Assembly (NCBI GenBank): GCA_964574335.1
Contig: CAZNNH010000009.1
Coordinates: 11,634-75,633 of the forward strand
DNA: 64,000 nt
Source of the DNA: an uncultured Acidobacteriota bacterium
GTDB lineage: Bacteria; Acidobacteriota; Vicinamibacteria; Fen-336
Direction of reading: 5' to 3'
Positions 19,936 through 29,504 of this stretch are shown piece by piece. Every line of letters begins with the position of its first letter. Position 1 is the first letter of the stretch. Under the pieces are notes generated by a model. That model saw only the letters and a list, made by a program, of their open reading frames with translations. It was not told the origin of the DNA and searched no databases. Made by a program: the position numbers and the translations under genes.

Positions 19936-20159
19936 GGCGTCTCCTTGTCTGGCAGGACCGCGAGCGGCCCACGCGGTTCACGGCTGTCGAGGAGCTCGCC
20001 CTAGCACCGACGATGCTCCAACGGCTCATCAAAGGCAGCTCACTCCCGTCTGGTAGTGGTGGCCTGGTGCCGGAAGCTCCGCTTGCCGCTATCCGCAGTC
20101 TAGGGAAGCGGTGGCGGCGGGATCCAATAGGTTTGTGGCGGGTATTCCATAGGCCTCGA

Positions 20160-20748
20160 TCACCCGCGATTTGCCAGCACCACGTTCTGATACGGATAGG
20201 GGATCTCGATCCCTGCCTCGGAGAATCGGGCTTTCGCCCGCTCCAGCAAGTCGTACTCCAGTCGATGGGCGGCCAGGGCATCCTGGCACCAGGCCCGGAG
20301 GCGAAGGACGATGCTGGAGCTGCCCAGCTCGACCACGGGGCAGTCCAAGGCCTCGATCACGTCGGGATGGTTTCGAGTGATGCCGAGGAGGATCTCTCTG
20401 GCCTGCGTGACGTCCGACGTGTAGCTGATTCCGACATGAACCGCCGCCATCACCCGAGGATCGACGCTGGTGAGGTTCACGGTGGTCTGTGTTCCCGCCA
20501 GGCTGTTGGGGAGCACGACCCGCCGGTTGTCGAAGGTACGAAGGACCGTGTAGCCCAGGGTGACGCTCTCGACCACCCCTGTCTCCGGTCCGCCGGGCGC
20601 TTGCACCTGAAGTCGGTCCCCGACTCGGAACGGCCGGTAGATGAGCAGGGCGAGGCCAGCCAAGCAGGATGATCAGCGTGGCGTAGGTGAGGGCTCCCGT
20701 CAGCGTGTTCGGGTGGATCCTGGCGAGGGCGTGCTCGAGCTGCTGCAT
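20160..20748 (-). pseudogene. Mechanosensitive channel MscS-family remnant: frameshifted, lacks TM1-TM2
   Basis: Frame A (from ATG 20748) encodes MQQLEHALARIHPNTLTGALTYATLIILLG (TM3-like). After a 1-nt frame change near 20660, frame B encodes LAGLALLIYRPFRVGDRLQV...GVVESVTLGYTVLRTFDNRRVVLPNS, the MscS pore-proximal/beta domain, and the full C-terminal domain. No upstream TM-encoding sequence. Confidence 0.5.
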
Positions 20749-21133
20749 GGCCTGCTCTCCTTGGTCTACGGTGAACGGCCGGGCGGCGGTATCGGCATTC
20801 CGCTGCTGCCGGACCGGCAGGGTGTGGACGATGCCCCCGTCCTGCGCCGGAGGCCGACCAGCTCGGCGCTACCCGAACGCGGCACGCACCGCGCCAGGAA
20901 GAGGCGATGGTCGGTGACGCGGCTGACGGAGGCGGCCCCCTCAGAACCGAGTGCCCAGCGTTCCGACGGGTGGGCGCGGGCGGGGCCCGCGGCGGGACGC
21001 GCGACAACGGCCGGCAGCGTCGCGATGCCGCACGCGCAGATGGTGGCGGCCACGCCGCCACGGTGCCGGCGGGCTCGATCAGGCGACGCCGTCGCTGTCT
21101 CCATGACACGCCTCGTCACGAGGGTCTTGGTGC

Positions 21134-21667
21134 TTGCACCCGGCGGCCCGCGCCCCGGAGCCAGGCACACGGCTGGACGCCAAAGCATACCAGGGCGTCT
21201 GGCGGGTGATTGCCTTCCTGGTATCCGCACCTCCCGGCTCGCGCGAGCAGGCGGGCCTGCTCGAACGGGGCGGCCGGAAGAAGCTCTCGGACACGGTTGG
21301 AGCCCCGGTGAAGCGGCTCGACGCGCCGCCGGAACGGCTCATCCGACCGGGGGACGTGGTCGAGGGGGAGATCGAGCTCGAGGACGGCCGCCGGATGCCG
21401 GTGAGAGTCGCACAGACCGGGTGGAAGGACGACTTCGATCCGATCGACTACCGCTTCTCGATCCTCGACGTCGAGTGGCTGGTGCGACGCGCCCTCGTGG
21501 ATGAGCTCCCGGACCTCGCCGCGGTGAAGTGCGCGGCGCCGGTCGTTCCCGACCGGGGCGAGACCCTCTGCACCGCGACCGGCCGGCAAGGAGAACGCCT
21601 CGACGTCGTGGTCAGCCGCTCGGGTGGGGAGCACCGGATGCGCCGGCGCGCGCCGCCGGGGAGCTGA
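21134..21667 (+). CDS. Hypothetical protein
   Basis: ORF with protein-like composition in C-terminal two thirds; no motif recognised; start uncertain. Confidence 0.3.
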   Translation: MHPAARAPEPGTRLDAKAYQGVWRVIAFLVSAPPGSREQAGLLERGGRKKLSDTVGAPVKRLDAPPERLIRPGDVVEGEIELEDGRRMPVRVAQTGWKDDFDPIDYRFSILDVEWLVRRALVDELPDLAAVKCAAPVVPDRGETLCTATGRQGERLDVVVSRSGGEHRMRRRAPPGS

Positions 21668-21733
21668 TCGGATCTAGCCCGCACCATTCACCGGCGACGC
21701 CGCTCCGCGCCGTGTCGCTTCTGCCGGGGCCCG

Positions 21734-22195
21734 CTACTCGGGGCAGGCGGGGCAGCCGGAATCGATGACGATCAGCCAACGACCGCTCGGCTCTCGGCGC
21801 CAGGTCGAGATGTACGTTCCCACGCGTTTGCCGTCAGGGTCGAAGACGGGGCCCCGGCTGATCGCCAAGTCGCCGGATCCGACGACCTCCACGATCTCAG
21901 GAGTCCACGAGAATGGCGCCTTGGGACCCTGGTAGCGCGTCCGCCAGCCCTCCACGATCGCCTCGCGGCCACGAAGCGGACCCTGGCCCCCGACGAAGAC
22001 GGCATCCTCGGCCACGAAGCGGGCGAAGGCCTCGAGATCCCGGTCCGCCATCGTCTTGGCGAAGGCGATCTCCGTCTCGCGCACCTGCTGTGCGAGATCG
22101 TCGGATGCGGAGGGCGGCAGAGTCTGGGCCGCGAGACCCAGCGCCGACCCTACACCCACGACCACGATTCCCGCCCATGCTACGGTTCCCTTCAC
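21734..22195 (-). CDS. Secreted SnoaL-like/DUF4440 (NTF2-fold) domain protein
   Basis: GTG start giving signal peptide KGTVAWAGIVVVGVGSALGLAAQ; body FAKTMADRDLEAFARFVAEDAVFVGGQGPLRGREAIVEGW typical of NTF2-like DUF4440. Confidence 0.45.
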   Translation of the reverse strand: MKGTVAWAGIVVVGVGSALGLAAQTLPPSASDDLAQQVRETEIAFAKTMADRDLEAFARFVAEDAVFVGGQGPLRGREAIVEGWRTRYQGPKAPFSWTPEIVEVVGSGDLAISRGPVFDPDGKRVGTYISTWRREPSGRWLIVIDSGCPACPE

Positions 22196-22353
22196 GCTGC
22201 CTCCTGATTCGGGCCTGCCCGAGCCGCAAGCGTACCATCCAAGAGCGCGCCGTCCACGCGTTGCCCAGGCCAGCCCCGGCGCTCGAGGACGGTCCGGGCG
22301 CTGTCTGTGTCCCGATCGGCGTATCATCAGCGGCGACAGGGGAGACGAAGCGG

Positions 22354-25300
22354 ATGAGGCAGCCGCGCCACCAGCCCGCTGATGCTCCGAGAGGGCCGCG
22401 CCGGGTGGCCCTCGGCCTCTGCCTGTTGCTCCTGCCTGGCAGCGGCCTGGCCCTGGAGACTCCCGAGCGGTCCCTCGACGAGACGGCGATCCGCCTCGAG
22501 CTGGGCGAGGAGCGCTCGTGGCTCATCCTGCCGGTGGTGAACGCGGGACCCACGACCGGGGCCCGGTTTCGGGTCGAGACCCTCACCCCTGAAGGCGACG
22601 TGGGCCTGAGCCTCGAGCGGGACCTCACCCTCGAGGCGGGCGAGCGTTCTCTCCGCGTGGAGCTGCCCGCCCGCCTCGGCCGGCCCCGGGGCACGCCCCA
22701 GAACGAGCTGCTGCTGGACCGGCTGCGCTTCGAGCTGAAGACGGACGACGGCTGGGTCGCCAGTGGTGTGCGTGGGCTGTCCGCCATCGTGGGGCTGTTC
22801 GAGCTGCGGGTCATCGCGCCCTACACGGCTCGGAGCGGCTCGCGGGTCACGGTGCACGTACTGGCGAGGCGTGTGGCGACGGGCGAGCCGCTCGAAGGCG
22901 TCGCGGTCGAGACGCGGCTCGCTGAAACGGACGAGGGCGACGTCGGGCGAGGGCGGACGGACGCCCGCGGTCGGGCGACCGTGTCGCTTCGGCTTCCCTC
23001 GGATCTCGAGGACGCCGAGCACGAGATCCGGGTGCAGGGACAGCTCGGCGGGATCGGGGCCGAGGCCGTGAGCGAGCTCTGGACGAGCTCCAACCTGAGG
23101 GCCCTGGTCACCACGGACAAGCCCCTCTACCAGCCCGGCCAGCCCCTGCGGGTGCGCCTGCTGGCCTTCCACCCGCGGGAGCGCGTGGCGGCGGGCCTTC
23201 CGGTGAGCTTCAGCCTGAGAGCGCCCGACGGAGAGGCCGTCCTGGAGCGGACGCTGACCACGTCGGGCAACGGCGTGGCCAGCCTGGAGTGGTCGATCCC
23301 CGAGCGGGCGGCGCTGGGCGACTACCACCTGGAGGTGCATGGCGAGGGGGGCCGGAACCTCGGGCCCGGCCGGACGGTACGCGTGAGCCGCTACGAGCTG
23401 CCCGTCCTTCGTCTCGATGCCCGCAGCGAGCGGCCGTTCTACCTGCCCCGGCAGCGAAGAGCGCGCGTGGTCGTGCGGGTCGAGACGCTGACCGGCGAGC
23501 CCGTCGAGGGGGCGCGCGTGACCGTGCGTGGAGGCGTCGCCGAGTCCGACGAGGACCAGGCCGAAGACGAGACGGATGCCAGGGGCAGGGCCGTGTTGAG
23601 CGTCGACCTGGCCGACGCCCACAGACAGCTCCGCGACGAGGACTGGCGGCAGTTCGCGGACCTGGGCTACGAGGCCCACGTCGTGGATCCCATCTCGGGG
23701 CGGTCGGAGGCGCGCCGCTTCGACATCCGCATCACCCGCCATCCCGTGCACGTCTACTGGCAGGAATCCAGCGGAGGGCTGCCTGTCGGCTTCGGTGTCG
23801 ACGGGTTCGTCGCCACCTACTCCGCCGACGGGACGCCGCTGGCCTGCGACGTCCGCTTCTCCGGGACCTTCAAGGTCCGGGTGCGCACCAACGAGCGGGG
23901 GCAGGCGCGGGTGCGCACCGAGCGCCCTCCGGGCGAGGACGCGCCCCGGGAGCTGCGCGTCGAGGCCCGCGACGACCAGGGACGCAAGGGCCGCCTCGAG
24001 GACCACGTCTACGTCAACACCGACCCGGTCGTGCGGCTTCGGGCGGCGGCCACCCTGCTCCGACCGGGCGACCCCGTGCGCATCCGGGTCCAGGCGGACC
24101 CTCCCGGGGAGGTGCTGCTCCACCTGCAGCGGGGGGACCAGCCGGTCGCGGCCCGCGAGGTGATGGCCGACGCCGAAGGGGTGTTCGTCGACTTCGCCTA
24201 CCAGGAGGGGTGGGCGGACGAGCTGTGCGTTGGAGCCATCCGATCGGACGGCGAGCGGTGGCAGGGGATCGACAGCCTGTGCGTCTTCTACCCGCGGGCG
24301 CGGGCGCCCGAGCTGAAGGTCGAGGCGCAGCCGGCACGGGCCCGACCGGGCGAGCGCGTGCGGGCGCGCTTGCAGCTCCGCGATAGGCGAGGCGCCCCCC
24401 GCGCCGGGGTCGTGGGTCTGGTCGGAGTGGACCAGGCGTTGCTCGATCGCGCGCGTTCACAGGAGGAGTTCGGCGACTTCTGGTACTCCCACGGGCTCTT
24501 CGAGGACGACCCCATCGGGGCCCTCGATCTCGACGCCCTGGACGCACAGCAACCCTGGGAGCCCAGCCTCGAGCTGGCCGCCGCATGGGGGCTGCGCGAC
24601 GGGGACTTCTACCTGAACCGGGCCACCAGCGAGGGCCCGGACCTCCAGCGCGCCTACCAGCCGGTGGTTCTAGTCGCGATGGCGCCGATTCAGGAGGCGC
24701 TGGACGACAGGCACTGGCCGGACCCGGGCTACCCGGTGCGCGTCGAGGCGCTGCTGGACGAGCTCGCGACCCACGGCTTCGAGGCGCGGGGGCTTCTCGA
24801 CCCATGGGGTCGGAGATACCGGTTTCGTCTGGCCCCCGGTCGGGAGCACATGCAGCTCGAGGCCGTCAGCGCGGGTCCGGACGAGCTGTTCCACAGCCCG
24901 GACGACCTCACCGTGACGGTCCGCTCGTGGCCCCTCTACGCCCGCCTGGCCAAGAAGCTGCGCCGGGCGCTGGAGCGCTACGTGGACACCCACGGCACCC
25001 TGCCGAGGAACGTCCGGGGCCTGCGGGACGTGCTGCGCCGCGAGGGCGTCGACCCCGGCTCGCTCGAGGACGCCCACGGCGAGCGGCTGCGGCTGGAGCT
25101 GAGGCGGGAGGGCCGGCACGGTGTCCTGGCGTGCGCGAGCGATCTGGCTCTCTTCGAGGTCAAGCTGGATCTCTACGCCGACGCCGAGCGGCGGGTGCGC
25201 GAGGCGCTGGCGGCGTTTTCTGCCGAGGCAGGGGGCCTGCCGCAGGACGAGGCCACGTTCTGGAAGGCGCTGTCCGACGCCGGCATCGAGACGCGGTCGA

Positions 25301-28011
25301 TTTGCGACCCTTGGGGTCACGCCCCCTGGCCGGTGTTTCGCCTCGAGTCGCGCCACGGGGATCTGCTGGGGCTTCGCGTCGCCGAAACGGGCGCCGCAAC
25401 CCGGGAGCGCATCAGCGCCGTGTCGCAGGACGTCGAGGCCATCGAGCTGCGAAGCGCGGGGCCCGACGGGAAGAGGGGCTCCCGCGGCGACGTGCACCTC
25501 GCCGACTTCAGCCGGCTGGCCCGCGAGCTGTCCCCGACGCGGACCAGGCCGCGCCGCGGCGCCGTCGTGAGCGAAACCACGGGAGCCATCCTCGGGCAGG
25601 TGACCGACCACGAGGGCGGGGTGCTTCCGGGCGCCACCGTCGCCGTCGAGGATATCGATGGCGACCACGAGGCGGTGACCGTCACCGATGGTGACGGCGA
25701 GTACGTGGTCGGCGCCTTGCCGCCGGGCAACTACCGGGTGGTCGTCTCTCTCCCGGGGTTCAAGAACCTCGAGACGCACGTACGGGTCCTGGCGGGCCGG
25801 GCCACCGTCGTCGATGCGGAGCTGGAAGTGGGGGAGGTGACCGAGTCGATCTCCGTGACGGCCTCGGAGAGGCCTACTGGGACGACGTCGGCGGAGGTGG
25901 CTCCCAGGGAAGAGATTCGGCTGTCGCTGCGGCCGCCGGCGACGCCACGGCTGCGCGAGTACTTCCCCGAGACGCTGCTGTGGGAGCCCGAGGTGGAGAT
26001 CGGCCCGAGCGGCGAGGCCGAGGTCGCCTTCACCCTGGCCGACAGCCTCACCACCTGGAAGCTGAACGCCCTGGCCTCCACCGACGACGGCTTCGTGACC
26101 ACGGCCGAGACCGAGGTGGTGGGCTTCCTGCCCTTCTTCGGCGAGCTCGACCCGCCGCCGGTCCTCACCGCCGGCGATCGCCTCGAGCTGCCCCTGGTAG
26201 TGCGCAACCAGCTCGAGACGGAAGAGCGGGCAGAGGTGAGCCTGGAGGCCAGCGCCGGCCTGGCCATCGGCCCGGCCTCGGCGACCCGCCTGGACGTCCC
26301 GGCCGGTGGCACGGCCGTCGCCACCTTCCCCGTCCGTGCCGAGGCCCCCGCAGCCGAGGTGGCCCTCACCGCCACGGTGCTCGGCGGTGACTCGGGAGAC
26401 CGCGTTCGCAAGCGGCTGCGGGTGCGCCCCGACGGCGAGGACGTGGAGGGCGTGCAGGCGGACCTGCTCAGCGGCGATGCCGAGCTGAGCTTCACCGTGC
26501 CGCCCGAGGCGCTGCCCGGCACGGCCTGGGGGGAGCTGCGGATCCTTCCCGGGCTGCGCGCGCAGATCGTCGACGCCATCGAGGGCTCGCTGCACCGGCC
26601 GTACGGCTGCGCCGAGCAGACGGTCTCCGCGGGCTTTCCGAGCCTGCTCTTCCTGGAGCTGGCCGGCGAGGAGGCGCAGGGACCGCAGGTTGAACGGGCG
26701 CGCCTGTACCTGCGACGGGCCGTGGAGCGGCTCGAGGCCTTCCAGGCAGCGGGTGGGGGCTTCGGCTACTGGTGGGCAAGCGAGGCCGACACGGCGGTGA
26801 CAGCCCACGGCCTGCGGCTGCTGGTCCGGGCACGGGGGCTCGTCGAGGGGCCCGAGAGGCTGGTGGCGAGCGCCCTGAAGCTGCTGCTGAAGCGCCAGGG
26901 TCCCGACGGGCGTTGGGGCGGGTCCTGGGCACTGACGGCCTTCGTCGCCCGGGCCCTGGCCCAGCTTCCCTCGCCGGGAGAGCGGCCGGACGGCGCGCTG
27001 CTCCGGAGCCTGGAGGCGCTCCGCGGCGAGGTCGGCGAGACGCAGGAGCCCTACGTGCTCGCCACAGCGGCGCTCGTCGGTCTGGAGCTGGACGACGGCG
27101 AGCTCGTCGGGGCGGCGCTCGAGCGGCTGCGAGGTCTCGAGCATCGCGAGGGCGAGGGGTCGTTCTGGCACCCGCAGACCAACACGCCTTTCTTCGGCTG
27201 GGGACGCGCCGGTCGCCTGGAGACGACGGGTCTCGTCGCCCAGGCACTGGTGGGCTCCGGACAACCCGGAGACGAGGCACGAAGGGATCGCGCCCTGCTG
27301 TTCCTGCTACGTCATCAGGACGCCTACGGCGTCTGGTGGTCGTCGCAGGCCACGGTGAACGTGCTCGAGGCGCTGGCCGCCCGGGCCCGTCAGGAGCCGG
27401 CGGTGACCTCGCCCCGCGGGCCGGTCCAGGTGCGGCTCGACGGAGCCGACGTGGGCTCGGTCGACTGGGACGAGGGCGATGATCCCGCGAGGACCGTGCC
27501 GTTGGGCTCACCTGCCGCCGGGACGCATCGGCTCGAGCTGCGCGGCCTGCCGCCCGGCTCGAGCATCGTGCGCCTGGTCACCGGACACGCCCGCCCCTGG
27601 CCGGAGACCGCTTCGGGGATCTCTGCCTCGGGCACGCTGCGGCTGGCCGTCGACTACGACCGGACGGACCTCCAACGACTCGGCTCGGTCACCGCGCGGC
27701 TGGAGGCTCGCCGCGTCGGCTTCCGCGGCTACGGCATGATGCTGGCCGAGGTGGGCCTGCCCCCCGGCTCGGACGTGGACCGCTTCTCGCTCGAGGACCA
27801 GCTCTGGCGATCGGGGCTGTGCCGCTACGAGGTCCGCCCGGACCGGGTGGTGCTCTACCTGTGGCCGTTCGGCGGCCAGGCGAAGGTCGACGTCCGCTTC
27901 CGGCCGCGGCTGGCTCTGGACGCCAAGAGCGCGCCCTCCCAGCTCTACGACTACTACAACCCCGACGAGCGCGTCCGTCTGCCGCCCAAGCGCTTCACGG
28001 TCCGTCCGTAG
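22354..28011 (+). CDS. Alpha-2-macroglobulin family protein (~1885 aa) with thioester motif, inserted GspG-pseudopilin-like DPWG modules and CarboxypepD_reg-like domain
   Basis: ATG 22354 with GGGGAG RBS and signal peptide VALGLCLLLLPGSGLA; MG-domain hallmarks (TTDKPLYQPGQPLRVR), thioester-type GCAEQ at ~aa 1417, C-terminal TED/receptor-binding-like region. Modules with LLDPWGRRYRFRL...SAGPDELFHSPDDL and ICDPWGHAPWPVFRL...RSAGPDGKRGSRGDVHLADF resemble the T2SS GspG C-terminal domain. GQVTDHEGGVLPGATVAVEDIDGDHEAVTVTDGDGEYVVGALPPGNYRVVVSLPGF is CarboxypepD_reg-like. Confidence 0.85.
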   Translation: MRQPRHQPADAPRGPRRVALGLCLLLLPGSGLALETPERSLDETAIRLELGEERSWLILPVVNAGPTTGARFRVETLTPEGDVGLSLERDLTLEAGERSLRVELPARLGRPRGTPQNELLLDRLRFELKTDDGWVASGVRGLSAIVGLFELRVIAPYTARSGSRVTVHVLARRVATGEPLEGVAVETRLAETDEGDVGRGRTDARGRATVSLRLPSDLEDAEHEIRVQGQLGGIGAEAVSELWTSSNLRALVTTDKPLYQPGQPLRVRLLAFHPRERVAAGLPVSFSLRAPDGEAVLERTLTTSGNGVASLEWSIPERAALGDYHLEVHGEGGRNLGPGRTVRVSRYELPVLRLDARSERPFYLPRQRRARVVVRVETLTGEPVEGARVTVRGGVAESDEDQAEDETDARGRAVLSVDLADAHRQLRDEDWRQFADLGYEAHVVDPISGRSEARRFDIRITRHPVHVYWQESSGGLPVGFGVDGFVATYSADGTPLACDVRFSGTFKVRVRTNERGQARVRTERPPGEDAPRELRVEARDDQGRKGRLEDHVYVNTDPVVRLRAAATLLRPGDPVRIRVQADPPGEVLLHLQRGDQPVAAREVMADAEGVFVDFAYQEGWADELCVGAIRSDGERWQGIDSLCVFYPRARAPELKVEAQPARARPGERVRARLQLRDRRGAPRAGVVGLVGVDQALLDRARSQEEFGDFWYSHGLFEDDPIGALDLDALDAQQPWEPSLELAAAWGLRDGDFYLNRATSEGPDLQRAYQPVVLVAMAPIQEALDDRHWPDPGYPVRVEALLDELATHGFEARGLLDPWGRRYRFRLAPGREHMQLEAVSAGPDELFHSPDDLTVTVRSWPLYARLAKKLRRALERYVDTHGTLPRNVRGLRDVLRREGVDPGSLEDAHGERLRLELRREGRHGVLACASDLALFEVKLDLYADAERRVREALAAFSAEAGGLPQDEATFWKALSDAGIETRSICDPWGHAPWPVFRLESRHGDLLGLRVAETGAATRERISAVSQDVEAIELRSAGPDGKRGSRGDVHLADFSRLARELSPTRTRPRRGAVVSETTGAILGQVTDHEGGVLPGATVAVEDIDGDHEAVTVTDGDGEYVVGALPPGNYRVVVSLPGFKNLETHVRVLAGRATVVDAELEVGEVTESISVTASERPTGTTSAEVAPREEIRLSLRPPATPRLREYFPETLLWEPEVEIGPSGEAEVAFTLADSLTTWKLNALASTDDGFVTTAETEVVGFLPFFGELDPPPVLTAGDRLELPLVVRNQLETEERAEVSLEASAGLAIGPASATRLDVPAGGTAVATFPVRAEAPAAEVALTATVLGGDSGDRVRKRLRVRPDGEDVEGVQADLLSGDAELSFTVPPEALPGTAWGELRILPGLRAQIVDAIEGSLHRPYGCAEQTVSAGFPSLLFLELAGEEAQGPQVERARLYLRRAVERLEAFQAAGGGFGYWWASEADTAVTAHGLRLLVRARGLVEGPERLVASALKLLLKRQGPDGRWGGSWALTAFVARALAQLPSPGERPDGALLRSLEALRGEVGETQEPYVLATAALVGLELDDGELVGAALERLRGLEHREGEGSFWHPQTNTPFFGWGRAGRLETTGLVAQALVGSGQPGDEARRDRALLFLLRHQDAYGVWWSSQATVNVLEALAARARQEPAVTSPRGPVQVRLDGADVGSVDWDEGDDPARTVPLGSPAAGTHRLELRGLPPGSSIVRLVTGHARPWPETASGISASGTLRLAVDYDRTDLQRLGSVTARLEARRVGFRGYGMMLAEVGLPPGSDVDRFSLEDQLWRSGLCRYEVRPDRVVLYLWPFGGQAKVDVRFRPRLALDAKSAPSQLYDYYNPDERVRLPPKRFTVRP

Positions 28012-28015
28012 CAGG

Positions 28016-29338
28016 CTACTCCTGCAGCACGAAGGGGAGCGTGTACGGCCCGGCGGGCAGTCCGAGAGCCGAGAAGGTCGTCGGGCTGAGCTGCCATCCC
28101 GACCGGCTTCCCACGTTGGTGTTGCAGGTCGGGTTCTCGAGCGTCGCCGCAGCGAACGAGACCGACGTAGAGAGACCGGTGGTGACGGTGGTCGGGATCA
28201 TGAAGGCGCCGAGCCTGGCCGACCAGTAGGCCTGCTTGCCGCGGCTGAGGCTGCCGCCCCCGCTGCCGCCGTCGTTCTTGTAGGCGTCGCCGGTGCAGCC
28301 CACCCCCGACCAGAAGATCTGGGCGGGGTACGGGCTGTGGGCGGCGTCTTCGAAGGTGCTTTCCCAGGCCAGATCCACAAAGTAGCCGTTGCTGGTGATC
28401 ACCGTGAAGCCGTACGAGTCCGCCGAGACCAGCCTGCCTAAGAGGTTCGGGGTGCCGGAGCTGTCGTAGACCGAGAGTCCGGCGGTACCGGCTGGACCTT
28501 GAGGTCCCTGAGCTCCCTGAGGTCCCTGTGGACCCTGAGGTCCGGTCGGTCCGGCAGGTCCCGTCGCCCCGGTCGCTCCGGTCGCCCCGGTGGGTCCGAT
28601 TGGCCCTTGGGGGCCAGTCGGTCCGGCAGGCCCGGCAGGCCCGGCGGGTCCGGCTGGTCCAGCGGGGCCGGTCGGTCCCTCCGGTCCGGTCGGTCCGGCG
28701 GGCCCCGAGCTGGCCAGGGCCACCTCGATCTGCATCTCGTGGGCCTTTGTGGTCTCCTTGCTTCCCAGGTTGGCCCGGATGCCCGACGGCGCGAGCAGGA
28801 GCCCGTTGTTGTCCAGTCCATCGACCCACTGGCGCACCGCGTCCGTGACGTCGACCGTCACGAAGTGGCCCTCCGAGCCAGACGGGATGGTGAGGTTGTA
28901 GGCCAGCGGAGCCCCGAGGGTGAGACTGGCCGCGGTCGTCGCGGTGAGCGTGTCTTCATCCCATGGGTCGGCGACCATGCTGAGGTCGATGGTTCCCGCG
29001 TCGAGGACGCTCACCACCCAGACTCGCAGGGTGGCCTTGTCGATGTCCGAGCCGGTGATCCCGCTCGGCAACGGAGAAAGATCGAACTTGACGTAGCCGT
29101 CCTGGTGCCTGGCAGCGAACCCGATGTCGTCCCTGATGCCGATTACTGCCGCGGCACCGTAGTTCACGTCGGGCTTGCTGGCCCTCGTGTAGGTGTCAGC
29201 GGCCACGTTCAGCGTGTCGGCGAAGGCCTTAGGCGACAGGATCGGAAGGGAGAGCAGGCAGACCGCCCCCAAGACCGGGACGAGGTCTCTCCTCCGAATG
29301 TAGGTCGTGCGGCCAGCACTCTCGATCGTTCGTTTCAC
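28016..29338 (-). CDS. Secreted DNRLRE-domain protein with collagen-like triple-helix (G-X-Y) repeat region and C-terminal globular domain
   Basis: Signal peptide; YVKFDL...ATLRVWV pattern of DNRLRE domain; ~25 consecutive GXY triplets ([23 protein letters not shown]...[19 protein letters not shown]). Confidence 0.8.
   Translation of the reverse strand: MKRTIESAGRTTYIRRRDLVPVLGAVCLLSLPILSPKAFADTLNVAADTYTRASKPDVNYGAAAVIGIRDDIGFAARHQDGYVKFDLSPLPSGITGSDIDKATLRVWVVSVLDAGTIDLSMVADPWDEDTLTATTAASLTLGAPLAYNLTIPSGSEGHFVTVDVTDAVRQWVDGLDNNGLLLAPSGIRANLGSKETTKAHEMQIEVALASSGPAGPTGPEGPTGPAGPAGPAGPAGPAGPTGPQGPIGPTGATGATGATGPAGPTGPQGPQGPQGAQGPQGPAGTAGLSVYDSSGTPNLLGRLVSADSYGFTVITSNGYFVDLAWESTFEDAAHSPYPAQIFWSGVGCTGDAYKNDGGSGGGSLSRGKQAYWSARLGAFMIPTTVTTGLSTSVSFAAATLENPTCNTNVGSRSGWQLSPTTFSALGLPAGPYTLPFVLQE
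28490..28705. repeat. Nucleotide-level tandem 9-bp (GGN CCN NNN) repeats encoding the collagen-like GXY tract
   Basis: Visible as reiterated ggtccggcaggtcc / ggcccggcgggtcc units on + strand; generates multiple spurious + strand ORFs (28499..29476, 28528..28848, 28590..28901). Confidence 0.6.
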
Positions 29339-29504
29339 TCAAGTCCCCCCAAGTTGGCTCGCGGCCGCGCTGCGGCCACGGGCCCAACTGCCCCGGATCG
29401 TCTCTGGCGGGCCGAAGGCGAACCATCCCCTCCTCGGTCCGGACCGGCTCCGCTGTCTTCCGTATGCTCTCGATGATAGCGCCCGGGGACGGAGCCTGTC
29501 CAGC

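Noticed and set aside
21913-22353. 147-codon upstream extension of the A2M ORF
   Set aside because: Non-protein-like and overlaps the convergent SnoaL-like gene. ATG 22354 has an RBS and is followed immediately by a signal peptide.
22327-27264. Large minus-strand ORFs (22327..24123, 24670..27264) and many + strand Arg/Gly/Pro-rich ORFs inside the A2M gene
   Set aside because: Antisense or off-frame to a gene with clear domain motifs; translations are low-complexity R/G/P/A strings.
28480-28710. Periodic short repeats initially considered as a possible CRISPR-like array
   Set aside because: Period is 9 bp without spacers; it is the coding repeat of a collagen-like GXY tract.
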